47,589 bases of DNA from an uncultured Candidatus Saccharibacteria bacterium (lineage in GTDB: Bacteria; Patescibacteriota; Minisyncoccia; Phycocordibacterales; PALSA-1337), in the NCBI GenBank assembly GCA_964587205.1, contig CAZPKQ010000001.1, forward strand, positions 1 through 47,589. Direction: 5' to 3'. Every line of letters begins with the position of its first letter. Position 1 is the first letter of the stretch. Made by a program: the position numbers and the translations under genes. Of the stretch, positions 34,364-42,689 are shown in pieces. The notes beneath the pieces are model-generated. The model was not told the DNA's origin. It ran no database searches and saw only the letters and a program-made list of their open reading frames with translations.

Positions 34364-34411
34364 CCCCGAGGTTTCACCTCAGGTGTTCTATTGCGAGGTT
34401 AAACCTCGCAA
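34364..34411 (-). promoter_or_regulatory. Upstream module of clpB: palindrome P3 plus a conserved hairpin
   Basis: P3 is TTGCGAGGTTAAACCTCGCAA (34391-34411). The hairpin is CCCCGAGGTTTCACCTCAGG (34364-34383). The hairpin ends 4 nt before TTGACT (34354-34359). Confidence 0.7.
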
Positions 34412-34413
34412 AC

Positions 34414-35649
34414 TTAGCTAAAAGAAATTTTCTTCATCTCAACCTTCCCAGTCCTACGATCTTTGACTTCATATGAATCCTCCTTTAGAGTTTTGTCGCT
34501 TATGACATAGCGCACTGGAATACCAATAAGGTCTGAATCGCCAAATTTCTCACCAGCACTGCAATCCCTATCATCATACAAAACCTCGATATTTTGCGAC
34601 GATAATCTGGCATACATTTCATCGGCTGCTTTTTTGACTTCGCCATTTTCATTGAATAAAGCTACAAGATGTACAGCAAATGGAGCGATATTGTCAGGCC
34701 AGACCAAGCCCTTTTCGTCAGACCAAATCTCTGCCACTGTACCCATGAGGCGTGCAGGACCGATACCATAACTTCCCATTATTACCGGTTTATTTTTGCC
34801 GTCTTGATCTTTGAAATTTAGACCGATCGCATCTGAAAATTTTGTCCCGAGACTAAAGATATTTCCTACTTCAACGGCTTTGCGTTCGACAAGATCTTCC
34901 CTCTTTATACCCAAATCTTGCAATACTTCATCTTTCAAAACCTCTTTATTTACGGCAATCTTCTTGCCTTCATGTACATATATAGTATCTTCTCCAGCAT
35001 CAGTCACCGCTTGAAATTCATGAGAATATTTGGAAAATGAACCTCCAGCAGCAAATGTCACATAAGTCTCAGCTCCCAAACCACAACGATCAAAAATCCT
35101 AATGTAGGCCTTCTTAGCCTTTTCATAAAAATCTTGATGAGAGGCTTCGTCAACATTGAAAGAATACAAGTCTTTCATGATGAACTCTCTTGAACGCATA
35201 ATCCCCGACTTGGCTCGTTCTTCATTACGAAACTTTGTTTGAAATTGATAGACAGATCTAGGTAAATCTCTAAATGATCTGATGTGTTCTTGCATCAGTG
35301 CGGTCAATGGCTCTTCGTGAGTGAAGGCGAGACCGAGCTCAGTGCCATTTTTGAGTTTTGTGCGAAACCAATTGTCTACCACCTCTTCACTCCATCTACC
35401 ACTCTTCTCCCAATTTGTCTTTTCTTGTAATGCAGTAAGGAAGACTTCGACACCGCCGATAGCATTCATCTCTTCTCTTATAATGGCAATGATTTTGTTT
35501 AGGGTGCGAAGACCTAGAGGAAGCATAGAATAGACTCCTGCCATTTCTTTGTGAATAAAACCAGCTCGAATAAGTAATTGAGCATTCTTCGCCACCTCGT
35601 CTTTTGGCCCTTCGCGTCTCGTCTTGGTAAATAATTGACTTTGTTTCAT
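34414..35649 (-). CDS. proS: Proline--tRNA ligase, short form without the INS editing domain
   Basis: 411 aa. MKQSQLFTKTRREGPKDEVAKNAQLLIRAGFIHKEMAGVYSMLPLG... matches the bacterial ProRS N-terminus. Confidence 0.9.
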   Translation of the reverse strand: MKQSQLFTKTRREGPKDEVAKNAQLLIRAGFIHKEMAGVYSMLPLGLRTLNKIIAIIREEMNAIGGVEVFLTALQEKTNWEKSGRWSEEVVDNWFRTKLKNGTELGLAFTHEEPLTALMQEHIRSFRDLPRSVYQFQTKFRNEERAKSGIMRSREFIMKDLYSFNVDEASHQDFYEKAKKAYIRIFDRCGLGAETYVTFAAGGSFSKYSHEFQAVTDAGEDTIYVHEGKKIAVNKEVLKDEVLQDLGIKREDLVERKAVEVGNIFSLGTKFSDAIGLNFKDQDGKNKPVIMGSYGIGPARLMGTVAEIWSDEKGLVWPDNIAPFAVHLVALFNENGEVKKAADEMYARLSSQNIEVLYDDRDCSAGEKFGDSDLIGIPVRYVISDKTLKEDSYEVKDRRTGKVEMKKISFS

Positions 35650-35661
35650 TTGAATAATAAC

Positions 35662-36750
35662 TTATTTGAGTATTTTAACAATATCTTTGTAAGTTACAAT
35701 TATCATTAATAACATAAGTAAAACAAAACCGACAGTATTGATAGAATTTGCATAAATTGGCTTGATTTTGCGTCTGATGACGCTCTCTATAATTACAAAC
35801 AAAACTCTACCTCCATCAAGAGCTGGAAATGGTATAAGATTGATAACACCAAGATTGATCGAGATAAGAGCGGTGATCATAAGCAAATATGCAATGCCGA
35901 GACCGGCCGCATCTCCTACAATACCCGCAATACCTACTGGACCCGAGACATCGGAGAAATTTGCTTTGCCTCGAAATATATTGCCAAAAAAATCATACAG
36001 ACCAAATACCGTCTCTTTCATCATAAAATAAGTATAATATCCACCCTCATAAATCGCAGAATATATCGGTAATCGTATATCGACAGTATCGCTCATCGCT
36101 ATACCGATAGCATATTTGTCACCGACAATGCCTTTTTCTGGTATAGCACTAGTCTCAAGATCTTGACCTTGGCGAGTGTAAGCAATCTTCAGAGGTTTGG
36201 CAGTGCCATTATTTATCACTGATTGTATATCTTCTATTTTGGAATTTTTGGGATCTTCTATATATCTTATTGTGTCACCAATCCTAAGTCCGGCTTTTTG
36301 GGCAGGAGAATCTGGCGTGACAATAGTGATCATCACTCGCTCGTTTTTGAAATTTTCTTTGTATTGTTCGAAGCCATCTTTTGTCGCTGTGACTCCGATA
36401 CTAAACACAAGTGCATATAGCAACCAAGCAAAGAGAAAATTGAATAGTACACCAGCGACCAAAACGGAAACTTGTTGCCATGGCTTCTTGTTTACGAAAC
36501 TTCTACCGTGATCTCTACCGCTAATTGATTCATCATCTGGATTTTCTCCATGAATTTTGACATAGCCACCAAATGGTATGAGATTTACACCATACTTTGT
36601 CTCACCTCTCTGCCAAGAAAACAATCGTGGACCGAAGCCAATCTTGAATTCATCTACTCTAATTTTGTTCCACAAGGCAAAAAGAAAGTGTCCCAATTCG
36701 TGAACAAAGATTAATACCGCAAGAACTATAATAAATATTAGAACTGTCAT
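35662..36750 (-). CDS. rseP: Site-2 (M50) membrane metalloprotease RseP
   Basis: HELGH in the first TM segment, a PDZ-like middle region, and a C-terminal NLIPFPALDGG motif. Confidence 0.9.
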   Translation of the reverse strand: MTVLIFIIVLAVLIFVHELGHFLFALWNKIRVDEFKIGFGPRLFSWQRGETKYGVNLIPFGGYVKIHGENPDDESISGRDHGRSFVNKKPWQQVSVLVAGVLFNFLFAWLLYALVFSIGVTATKDGFEQYKENFKNERVMITIVTPDSPAQKAGLRIGDTIRYIEDPKNSKIEDIQSVINNGTAKPLKIAYTRQGQDLETSAIPEKGIVGDKYAIGIAMSDTVDIRLPIYSAIYEGGYYTYFMMKETVFGLYDFFGNIFRGKANFSDVSGPVGIAGIVGDAAGLGIAYLLMITALISINLGVINLIPFPALDGGRVLFVIIESVIRRKIKPIYANSINTVGFVLLMLLMIIVTYKDIVKILK

Positions 36751-36751
36751 T

Positions 36752-37303
36752 TTAACCTAGGATTTCTTTTTCTTTTTTGGAATAATGGTCGTCGAGCTTC
36801 TTATTTGTATCATCGACGAGCTTTTGGGTCTCGTTTTTGAGACGGAAGATCTCATCCTTGCCATAACCACCATCCTTCTCCTTGTTCTGTAGATCTTTGA
36901 TAATCGAATCGCGATGACCCCTGACTTGTTTCTTTGCTTCTTCAAGTCTATCTTTTGCAGTCTTGGCAATGTCTTTGCGTCTATCTGCGGTAAGCTCCGG
37001 GAAATTGATCCTCAATCCCTGATCATCGACGACGACAGATAGACCAAGATTTGCTACTGTAATGGCCTTTTCGATGTCCTTTGATTGACTTTTGTCCCAA
37101 GGAACAATCCTCAATGTCCTGGCACCTTCGATAGTGACGCTTGCGAGCTCTTTGAGTGACATCGGTGCACCATAGACTTCGACTTTGACCCCATCAAGTA
37201 TCTGAGGTGAAGCCTGTCCAGTCCTTATCTGAGAAAACTCCTTTTTGAGCCAATCTTCGGCACCTGCTAGCTGTTTTTTGAATGGGTTGAAATCGTATGC
37301 CAT
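36752..37303 (-). CDS. frr: Ribosome recycling factor
   Basis: 183 aa with ...LKKEFSQIRTGQASPQILDGVKVEVYG... Confidence 0.96.
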   Translation of the reverse strand: MAYDFNPFKKQLAGAEDWLKKEFSQIRTGQASPQILDGVKVEVYGAPMSLKELASVTIEGARTLRIVPWDKSQSKDIEKAITVANLGLSVVVDDQGLRINFPELTADRRKDIAKTAKDRLEEAKKQVRGHRDSIIKDLQNKEKDGGYGKDEIFRLKNETQKLVDDTNKKLDDHYSKKEKEILG

Positions 37304-37407
37304 ATATTTTATTTAATGATAATGTAACTATAGTATATCACAAGAATGAATTATCAAGTTTTTATTTGAAACTAAGATAAATAGGTTATTTTACTGTACC
37401 AAACATG

Positions 37408-37570
37408 GACCCGAGAGGAGGTGTGTTTTTTATTTTTTTGTGACAACGAGTTATGCGATTGGTGCGTCAGTCTACTAAACATTCAGGCAGAAGATTGCTA
37501 GCATACCAACAACTCGGATGAGTAATACGCAGTTGCACAAAAAAATAAAAAACACACCTCCTCTTGGGTC
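37408..37570. repeat. MITE-like or long-hairpin element with ~35-bp terminal inverted repeats
   Basis: GACCCGAGAGGAGGTGTGTTTTTTATTTTTTTGTG (37408-37442) pairs with CACAAAAAAATAAAAAACACACCTCCTCTTGGGTC (37536-37570). One mismatch. The centre is ~93 nt. Confidence 0.8.
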
Positions 37571-37595
37571 AATCAATAGTATTGCAAAATGTAAG

Positions 37596-38285
37596 TTAAA
37601 TGCTCAAAGCTAAATATTCCAAAAGCATTTTTAGTGATGGTGCTCGGTCATTTATATAACGATTGACTATACTAATATTTTCCAACTTCTTAGCATTTGC
37701 CACCAATTTATTTTCATTATGCAAGATCTCTTCCAATCTTTGGACAAATAGAATTGCATAATGCTTGGATATTTTGTCCTTCGAAATATCATCACAAATC
37801 TTTTTTACCATCTCCAATCTTTTTGCCTTATTTTGCTTAATAAATTTTGTAACCAAATCAGTCAATTCGACTTCATTACTTTCCACATCCCGATCATATT
37901 CCAAAAAATATAACCTCGATCGCACTGTAGGCAAAAGCAATCCAGCACTCGGTACAACTATAAAAAAGTGAGCATAGCCCGCAGGTTCTTCCAATAGTTT
38001 GAGTAAAGCATTTTGCGCTTCCACTGTAATATTTTGAAAAAATAAAATAAAAATCTTTTTTGAATTTACTCCGATAGGCTTAGTTTCATGAAGATTTTTG
38101 ATATGTCTAGCGTCATCGATGGTGAAATTTTCGTATAAATTTGAAATAAAATCAGGATTTCCTTCTTTTTTAATTTCAAAATCACTGTCCAAAACCTGGC
38201 AGAGCAAATCTACACTAGACTCATCCCCAATAAGTCCGTATGAATTTAATTCTAAACTATTCAGTTCTAATTTTATCTTTTGCAT
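37596..38285 (-). CDS. holB: DNA polymerase III delta-prime-like clamp-loader subunit, short
   Basis: 229 aa with ...ITVEAQNALLKLLEEPAGYAHFFIVVPSAGLLLPTVRSRL... No N-terminal P-loop region. Confidence 0.7.
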   Translation of the reverse strand: MQKIKLELNSLELNSYGLIGDESSVDLLCQVLDSDFEIKKEGNPDFISNLYENFTIDDARHIKNLHETKPIGVNSKKIFILFFQNITVEAQNALLKLLEEPAGYAHFFIVVPSAGLLLPTVRSRLYFLEYDRDVESNEVELTDLVTKFIKQNKAKRLEMVKKICDDISKDKISKHYAILFVQRLEEILHNENKLVANAKKLENISIVNRYINDRAPSLKMLLEYLALSI

Positions 38286-38315
38286 ATTTGCTTATATGTG
38301 ACATATGCTATTTTA

Positions 38316-38457
38316 CCCTACTACGCTCGCTAGTCGCGAGCTTCGTAGGGCAGGCCCTTTGCCCTTCCTGCCCTCCGTAGCCTTGGCGAAGGAGGGTTAC
38401 CTTTTACCTTTTACCTCTTACCTAAACCTTTACCCTTTAACTTTTGCCTTTTACCTT
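38316..38457. repeat. Second copy of the GC-rich composite repeat
   Basis: CTACGCTCGCTAGTCGCGAGCTTCGTAGGGCAGG ... CCGTAGCCTTGGCGAAGGAGGG ... then a run of TTACCTTTTACC-type units. Related to 3357-3526 and to the ychF insert. Confidence 0.8.
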
Positions 38458-38465
38458 CATATCAA

Positions 38466-39479
38466 TCACCTTTTCGAAATCATCGCCTTCTTATATACAT
38501 CCAAATGCTCAAGTGCTATACCCGTACCCCTTACCACGCAATATAGAGGCTCTTCTGCAAGCTTAGCTTTCACTCCCGTCCTACGGAAAACCAATTCTGG
38601 TAAATTTCTAAGCATAGAAGATCCGCCAGTGAGAGTGATGCCCTGATCTATTATATCAGCCGCCAACTCTGGCGGTGTATCTTGTAAGACATCACGAATA
38701 GCCTTGATCATATCCCGAAGAGGATTTGCCAAAGCTTTGACTATCTCATTTGTCTTGATCTCTACGGATCTTGGCAAACCGGAGATATAATCACGTCCTT
38801 TGACCATCATACCCAACTCTTGGTCGAGCGGTACCGCCGAACCTATCTCAATCTTGATGATTTCGGACATATGATCTCCGATAGCCAAATTGAAATTCTT
38901 TTTGATGTAATCTGCAATAGCTAAGTCCATTTTGTTTCCGGCGCATTTGACCGAGGTCGAAGAGACTATACCTCCAAGAGATATAACCGCCACATCGGTC
39001 GTACCGCCACCGATATCGACGACCATATGACCCCGCGCCTCATTGATCGGTATACCGGCACCGATCGCCGCAAGGACTGGCTCTTTGACTACATAAGCGT
39101 TTTTTGCTCCGGCTTTGATAGTGGCTTCGATGACCGCCCTTCTCTCGGTCGAACTTATGCCGGCTGGTACAGATACGATAATATCAGGACGAAAAAATGA
39201 ATACTTACCCAAAGCCTTATCTATGAAATATCTAAGCATTGCCTCTGTGATGTGATAATCAGCGATCACTCCATCGCGCATTGGACGATAGGCGATGATA
39301 TCATCGGGAGTCCTTCCGATCATTTCCTTGGCCTCATTGCCCACTGCCAAGACTTTTTTTTCGGTCTCGGAGATAGCGACCACAGAAGGTTCATTGAGGA
39401 CTATGCCTTTCTTGGGAACGTAGACAAGGGTATTTGCCGTACCCAAATCGATTCCAAGTTTTGGAGAAAAAAAGCTCAT
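38466..39479 (-). CDS. mreB: Rod-shape-determining protein MreB
   Basis: 337 aa with GIDLGTANTLVY, VVDIGGGTTDVAV and LTGGSSMLRNL. Confidence 0.96.
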   Translation of the reverse strand: MSFFSPKLGIDLGTANTLVYVPKKGIVLNEPSVVAISETEKKVLAVGNEAKEMIGRTPDDIIAYRPMRDGVIADYHITEAMLRYFIDKALGKYSFFRPDIIVSVPAGISSTERRAVIEATIKAGAKNAYVVKEPVLAAIGAGIPINEARGHMVVDIGGGTTDVAVISLGGIVSSTSVKCAGNKMDLAIADYIKKNFNLAIGDHMSEIIKIEIGSAVPLDQELGMMVKGRDYISGLPRSVEIKTNEIVKALANPLRDMIKAIRDVLQDTPPELAADIIDQGITLTGGSSMLRNLPELVFRRTGVKAKLAEEPLYCVVRGTGIALEHLDVYKKAMISKR

Positions 39480-39580
39480 AGGGTGATGTTATCATACATT
39501 TACCTTGGTGCAATATGGACAGGTCCGAGCAATATTAAAAATTGACCAAATTAAAATTTAGGAGTATTTTTGATACAGAT

Positions 39581-39832
39581 ATGAATATTCACTTCGACCC
39601 AGCACTTATCATCTGTGCTTTGATCCTGATCTTGACGGCATTGTACCTCGGAATGAAAATCGTCAGCACAAAGCCATCGAAAGATGACTTCGGTTTGGAA
39701 TTCGAGAAAGCGGTCATGAGTGCGCTTCTCGGAGCGACGTTCTTACTTCTCATTGCCACCATCGTGGCTATGTTCATCAACCAAGACCCCGCCACCCGGC
39801 GGTGGTTTTTTATTAAAATCTTTTTCTCGTGA
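39581..39832 (+). CDS. Possible small two-TM membrane protein, moderately GC-shifted
   Basis: MNIHFDPALIICALILILTALYLGMKIV...LLGATFLLLIATIVAMFI... A terminator-like hairpin lies inside its last 13 codons, so the 3' end is uncertain. Confidence 0.4.
   Translation: MNIHFDPALIICALILILTALYLGMKIVSTKPSKDDFGLEFEKAVMSALLGATFLLLIATIVAMFINQDPATRRWFFIKIFFS
39792..39811 (+). terminator. Intrinsic terminator-like hairpin
   Basis: CCACC-CGGC-GGTGG followed by six T. Confidence 0.6.
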
Positions 39833-39856
39833 ATAGTATCAACAAAAGTCATTTCA

Positions 39857-39920
39857 CACACCCATTCTTCGAGGCCGCAAAAACTCTGCAGAGTTTTTGC
39901 GGCCTCGAGGAATAGGTGTG
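39857..39920. repeat. 64-nt near-perfect palindrome (about a 32-bp stem)
   Basis: Symmetric about 39888/39889. CACACCCATTCTTCGAGGCCGCAAAAACTCTG / CAGAGTTTTTGCGGCCTCGAGGAATAGGTGTG, with one mismatch and one T:G. Shares its core with 5345-5468. Confidence 0.9.
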
Positions 39921-39960
39921 CGGAGAGATTTTTGTCTAAAAAATAACTATTCAGAAGGTT

Positions 39961-41286
39961 CTACGACACCCTTACGACATTAGCCCCAATCGCTCTCAAC
40001 CTAGTCTCTAAACTTTCGTATCCACGATCGATAAGATGGATATTTGAAATTGTAAATTTACCTTTTGCAACAAGACAAGCAAGGACGATAGCAAAACCCG
40101 CGCGAATATCATGAGCAGTTAGCTCCACATGTTCAAAATGAGAAAGTGGTGTAGGTCCATTGATCAAGGCCTTATTGCCATCGATAATATTTATACGCGC
40201 ACCCATTTGCACTAGATCATGAGCGTATTTGAAGCGACCTTCGAATATAGTCTCGACTACCGTACTTTCACCTTCACATTGAGTAAGATAGGTCACAAGC
40301 GGTGACTGAAGGTCTGTTGCAAAACCAGGATATTCTTTTGTGACTACATTGAATGGTCGAAAAGCATTGTTATTTTTATTTGAAATTTTGATCGAACCCT
40401 CCTCACCATCTTTACCGATAATCTCAATATCCACACCTGACTTTTTCAACAAATCAATCACTAGATCTAGATGATCGGGGCGACAATCGTCTATATAAAG
40501 TTCTTCGGCCAGCAACGCTCCCAGAAACAAAAAACTACCCGCCTCAATCCTATCTGGTATTGCACGATAAGCAACGCTTGTATTCAATAACTTTCCACCA
40601 TTGCCATTTATGATGATGGTATCCGTACCCAAGCCTTGAATATCGGCCCCATTTTGATTTAACCAATGACCAACATTCTCTATCTCAGGTTCTTTGGCAC
40701 AATTTTTCAATATCGTCTTACCACTTCCCAAGACCGATGCCATCATAAGAGTCTCGGTACCGCCGACCGTTATCTTGGCAAAAGTTATCTCAGTCCCTGT
40801 TAGTCTATCTGCTTCTATATAATATATTTCATTTTCCAATCGAACTTTTGCCCCCATTTTCTTGTAACCATCGATAAAGAGATCGATCGGTCTTGCACCT
40901 ATCACACAACCACCTGGTGCTGGGAATGAGACTTTGCCAAATCTCGCCAACATCGGGCCAGTCAGTACCACCGACGCTCTCATCGATCTTGCTTTGTCTG
41001 GATTGATATCGGTTTTGCCTATCGTACTTGTATCTATATATAGAGTCTTAGTCAATGGATTATTATCCTTCCATTCAATCTTTGCTCCCAAATCCTGCAA
41101 AATTTCATTTAGTGTATGTACATCTTCGGTATTGGGTATGTTATTTAGCTCGACTTTGCCCTGAAATAAAACCGCACCCGCCATTGCTTTCAAAGCAGCG
41201 TTTTTTGCGCCATTTATAGATACTCTACCCTTCAATGTCCTTTGACCTGCCAAGCCGTTAATTAAAAACTTTTCTTTTTTATTCAT
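39961..41286 (-). CDS. murA: UDP-N-acetylglucosamine 1-carboxyvinyltransferase
   Basis: 441 aa with ...RVSINGAKNAALKAMAGAVL... and ...PGGCVIGARPIDLFIDG... Confidence 0.96.
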   Translation of the reverse strand: MNKKEKFLINGLAGQRTLKGRVSINGAKNAALKAMAGAVLFQGKVELNNIPNTEDVHTLNEILQDLGAKIEWKDNNPLTKTLYIDTSTIGKTDINPDKARSMRASVVLTGPMLARFGKVSFPAPGGCVIGARPIDLFIDGYKKMGAKVRLENEIYYIEADRLTGTEITFAKITVGGTETLMMASVLGSGKTILKNCAKEPEIENVGHWLNQNGADIQGLGTDTIIINGNGGKLLNTSVAYRAIPDRIEAGSFLFLGALLAEELYIDDCRPDHLDLVIDLLKKSGVDIEIIGKDGEEGSIKISNKNNNAFRPFNVVTKEYPGFATDLQSPLVTYLTQCEGESTVVETIFEGRFKYAHDLVQMGARINIIDGNKALINGPTPLSHFEHVELTAHDIRAGFAIVLACLVAKGKFTISNIHLIDRGYESLETRLRAIGANVVRVS

Positions 41287-41831
41287 ATATTGAAATTAGT
41301 TATTTCACCTTTCGATAGCAAATAATTTAATTCGTTTGACAAACAAATTTCATCTGCTATACTATAATTACAAACATTGACTTCGAAATCCGAAGTCCCC
41401 GAGATTACCCCGAAAGGGGTTTTCGTTTTATTTATCATGGCATTCACTTGTTTTTTTAATTCCATAAAATCATAATGATCTATGGTGCAAATATTTCTTA
41501 TTAATCTCCTTCTATCAAAAACTCTCAATTGCATCAATAAAACATCATTTTCTTGACCATTAATCAGCATTCTATGTCTAAATTTTTCTGATTTAATTTT
41601 TGTTGTAAGTGGTACCCCGAGAAATATGTCATTAGTAAGCTTCCTTAGAACAATCACTGGTCGACTAAAATCTTTTGATATTGAATGTTGTTCAGACCCT
41701 ATATTCAAACCAATTGAACACCACCACAATTCTCTTTCAGCAAAATTAGCAAGATCGATACGACTATCTAAATCCTTTTTATGAATATTCCATTGATCAA
41801 AATCCTTTTTCATAAATATTAGTTCCTGCAT
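41283..41831 (-). CDS. PemK/MazF-family toxin-like protein with N- and C-terminal extensions
   Basis: ELWWCSIGLNIGSEQ...RPVIVLRKL...LGVPLTTK...VLLMQLRVFDRRRL matches the MazF/PemK core pattern. Start at ATG 41831 or 41813. Its stop TGA overlaps the murA ATG (ATGA). Confidence 0.72.
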   Translation of the reverse strand: MQELIFMKKDFDQWNIHKKDLDSRIDLANFAERELWWCSIGLNIGSEQHSISKDFSRPVIVLRKLTNDIFLGVPLTTKIKSEKFRHRMLINGQENDVLLMQLRVFDRRRLIRNICTIDHYDFMELKKQVNAMINKTKTPFGVISGTSDFEVNVCNYSIADEICLSNELNYLLSKGEITNFNI

Positions 41832-41855
41832 TCTATCTATTTTCCACCTTTTTAA

Positions 41856-41884
41856 CAATACAAAAGGCCCGCGCAGGCGGGCCC
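41856..41884 (-). terminator. Intrinsic terminator after the GC-rich orphan gene
   Basis: The minus strand forms a 7-bp GC stem, GGCCCGC pairing with GCGGGCC, around the loop CTGC, followed by TTTTGTATT. Confidence 0.8.
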
Positions 41885-41904
41885 GTGAGAGGTGGAAAAC
41901 CAAG

Positions 41905-42597
41905 TTAACTGAGTGCCTCAAAGATCTGATTGGGAGTGGGGCGCAGGAACTTGTGAAAAATCTGCACGTTCATCGCTCCACCAATGCCAGAATTCAAGCA
42001 TTGCTTTTGAGCTTGATTCATCTTCATTCGTTCCTCCACCATACCACCGTGGAAGGATTCGAAAAATTGACGCCTAAGCAACCTCTTCGCCTCAGCAATT
42101 GATTGGCCGACGGCATTATCCTCGTCATGTTTCAGATCCGGATTGACTCGACAAGAACAAGCTTTGGCAAAGATAGCGCCAAGATTTCTGGCCACCAAAA
42201 TTGAATCGTTCGGGCACATAAATTTGCCATACCCGTCACACATACCGACGGCAAGACCCTTAAGGAACTCTCCCTGATCGAGAATACATTCATCAGTCGT
42301 CGAGTCAAAGAGTTCACAAAGGAGTCTAGGAATGGCAACAAACGCAAAGCCAAGACGAAATCCAATCTGGTATTGACAATCTCGACCCTCAATAGCACGA
42401 AGTCTTCCAATCTCCGTAAACATCAGCCCAAGATCGATCTCCGGATCAATCAAGAAATCCTGAACCGAGGCCATTAAGGTCTCGAAAGCTAAACCATGAT
42501 TAGGGTTGGAAGAATGATCGGCCAAACATCCCTGAAAGACCTGACTGATCCAACCAAGGCATAGCGCTTCGTGGCTGTTCAAATGACGTCTTTCCAT
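41905..42597 (-). CDS. Hypothetical 230-aa protein, GC-rich orphan
   Basis: ATG at 42597 preceded by AAAGGTGG. It has its own promoter, a structured leader and a terminator. No family recognised. Confidence 0.6.
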   Translation of the reverse strand: MERRHLNSHEALCLGWISQVFQGCLADHSSNPNHGLAFETLMASVQDFLIDPEIDLGLMFTEIGRLRAIEGRDCQYQIGFRLGFAFVAIPRLLCELFDSTTDECILDQGEFLKGLAVGMCDGYGKFMCPNDSILVARNLGAIFAKACSCRVNPDLKHDEDNAVGQSIAEAKRLLRRQFFESFHGGMVEERMKMNQAQKQCLNSGIGGAMNVQIFHKFLRPTPNQIFEALS

Positions 42598-42608
42598 ACC
42601 ACCTTTCT

Positions 42609-42647
42609 GTCCTCTCGGACAACCCTCTCGGGCATGACCTCTCGGTC
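42609..42647 (-). promoter_or_regulatory. Three tandem mini-hairpins with an identical CC-GAGA-GG core in the orphan gene leader
   Basis: In mRNA sense: GACC-GAGA-GGTC (42647-42636), CCC-GAGA-GGG (42632-42623) and GTCC-GAGA-GGAC (42620-42609). The period is 13-14 nt. The last hairpin ends 11 nt before the ATG. Confidence 0.7.
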
Positions 42648-42689
42648 AAGGTTTTTGGGGCAGTCAATGTGACTGTTTGTCCAAAAACG

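Noticed and set aside
38305-38646. 113-aa plus-strand ORF
   Set aside because: It starts in the GC-rich repeat and runs antisense into mreB. It has a low-complexity translation and no signals.
42609-42647. Canonical guanidine-II (mini-ykkC) or ykkC riboswitch
   Set aside because: The mini-ykkC hairpins have ACGR tetraloops and occur as a pair. Here the loops are GAGA, there are three hairpins, and the downstream gene is not a guanidine transporter or carboxylase type.
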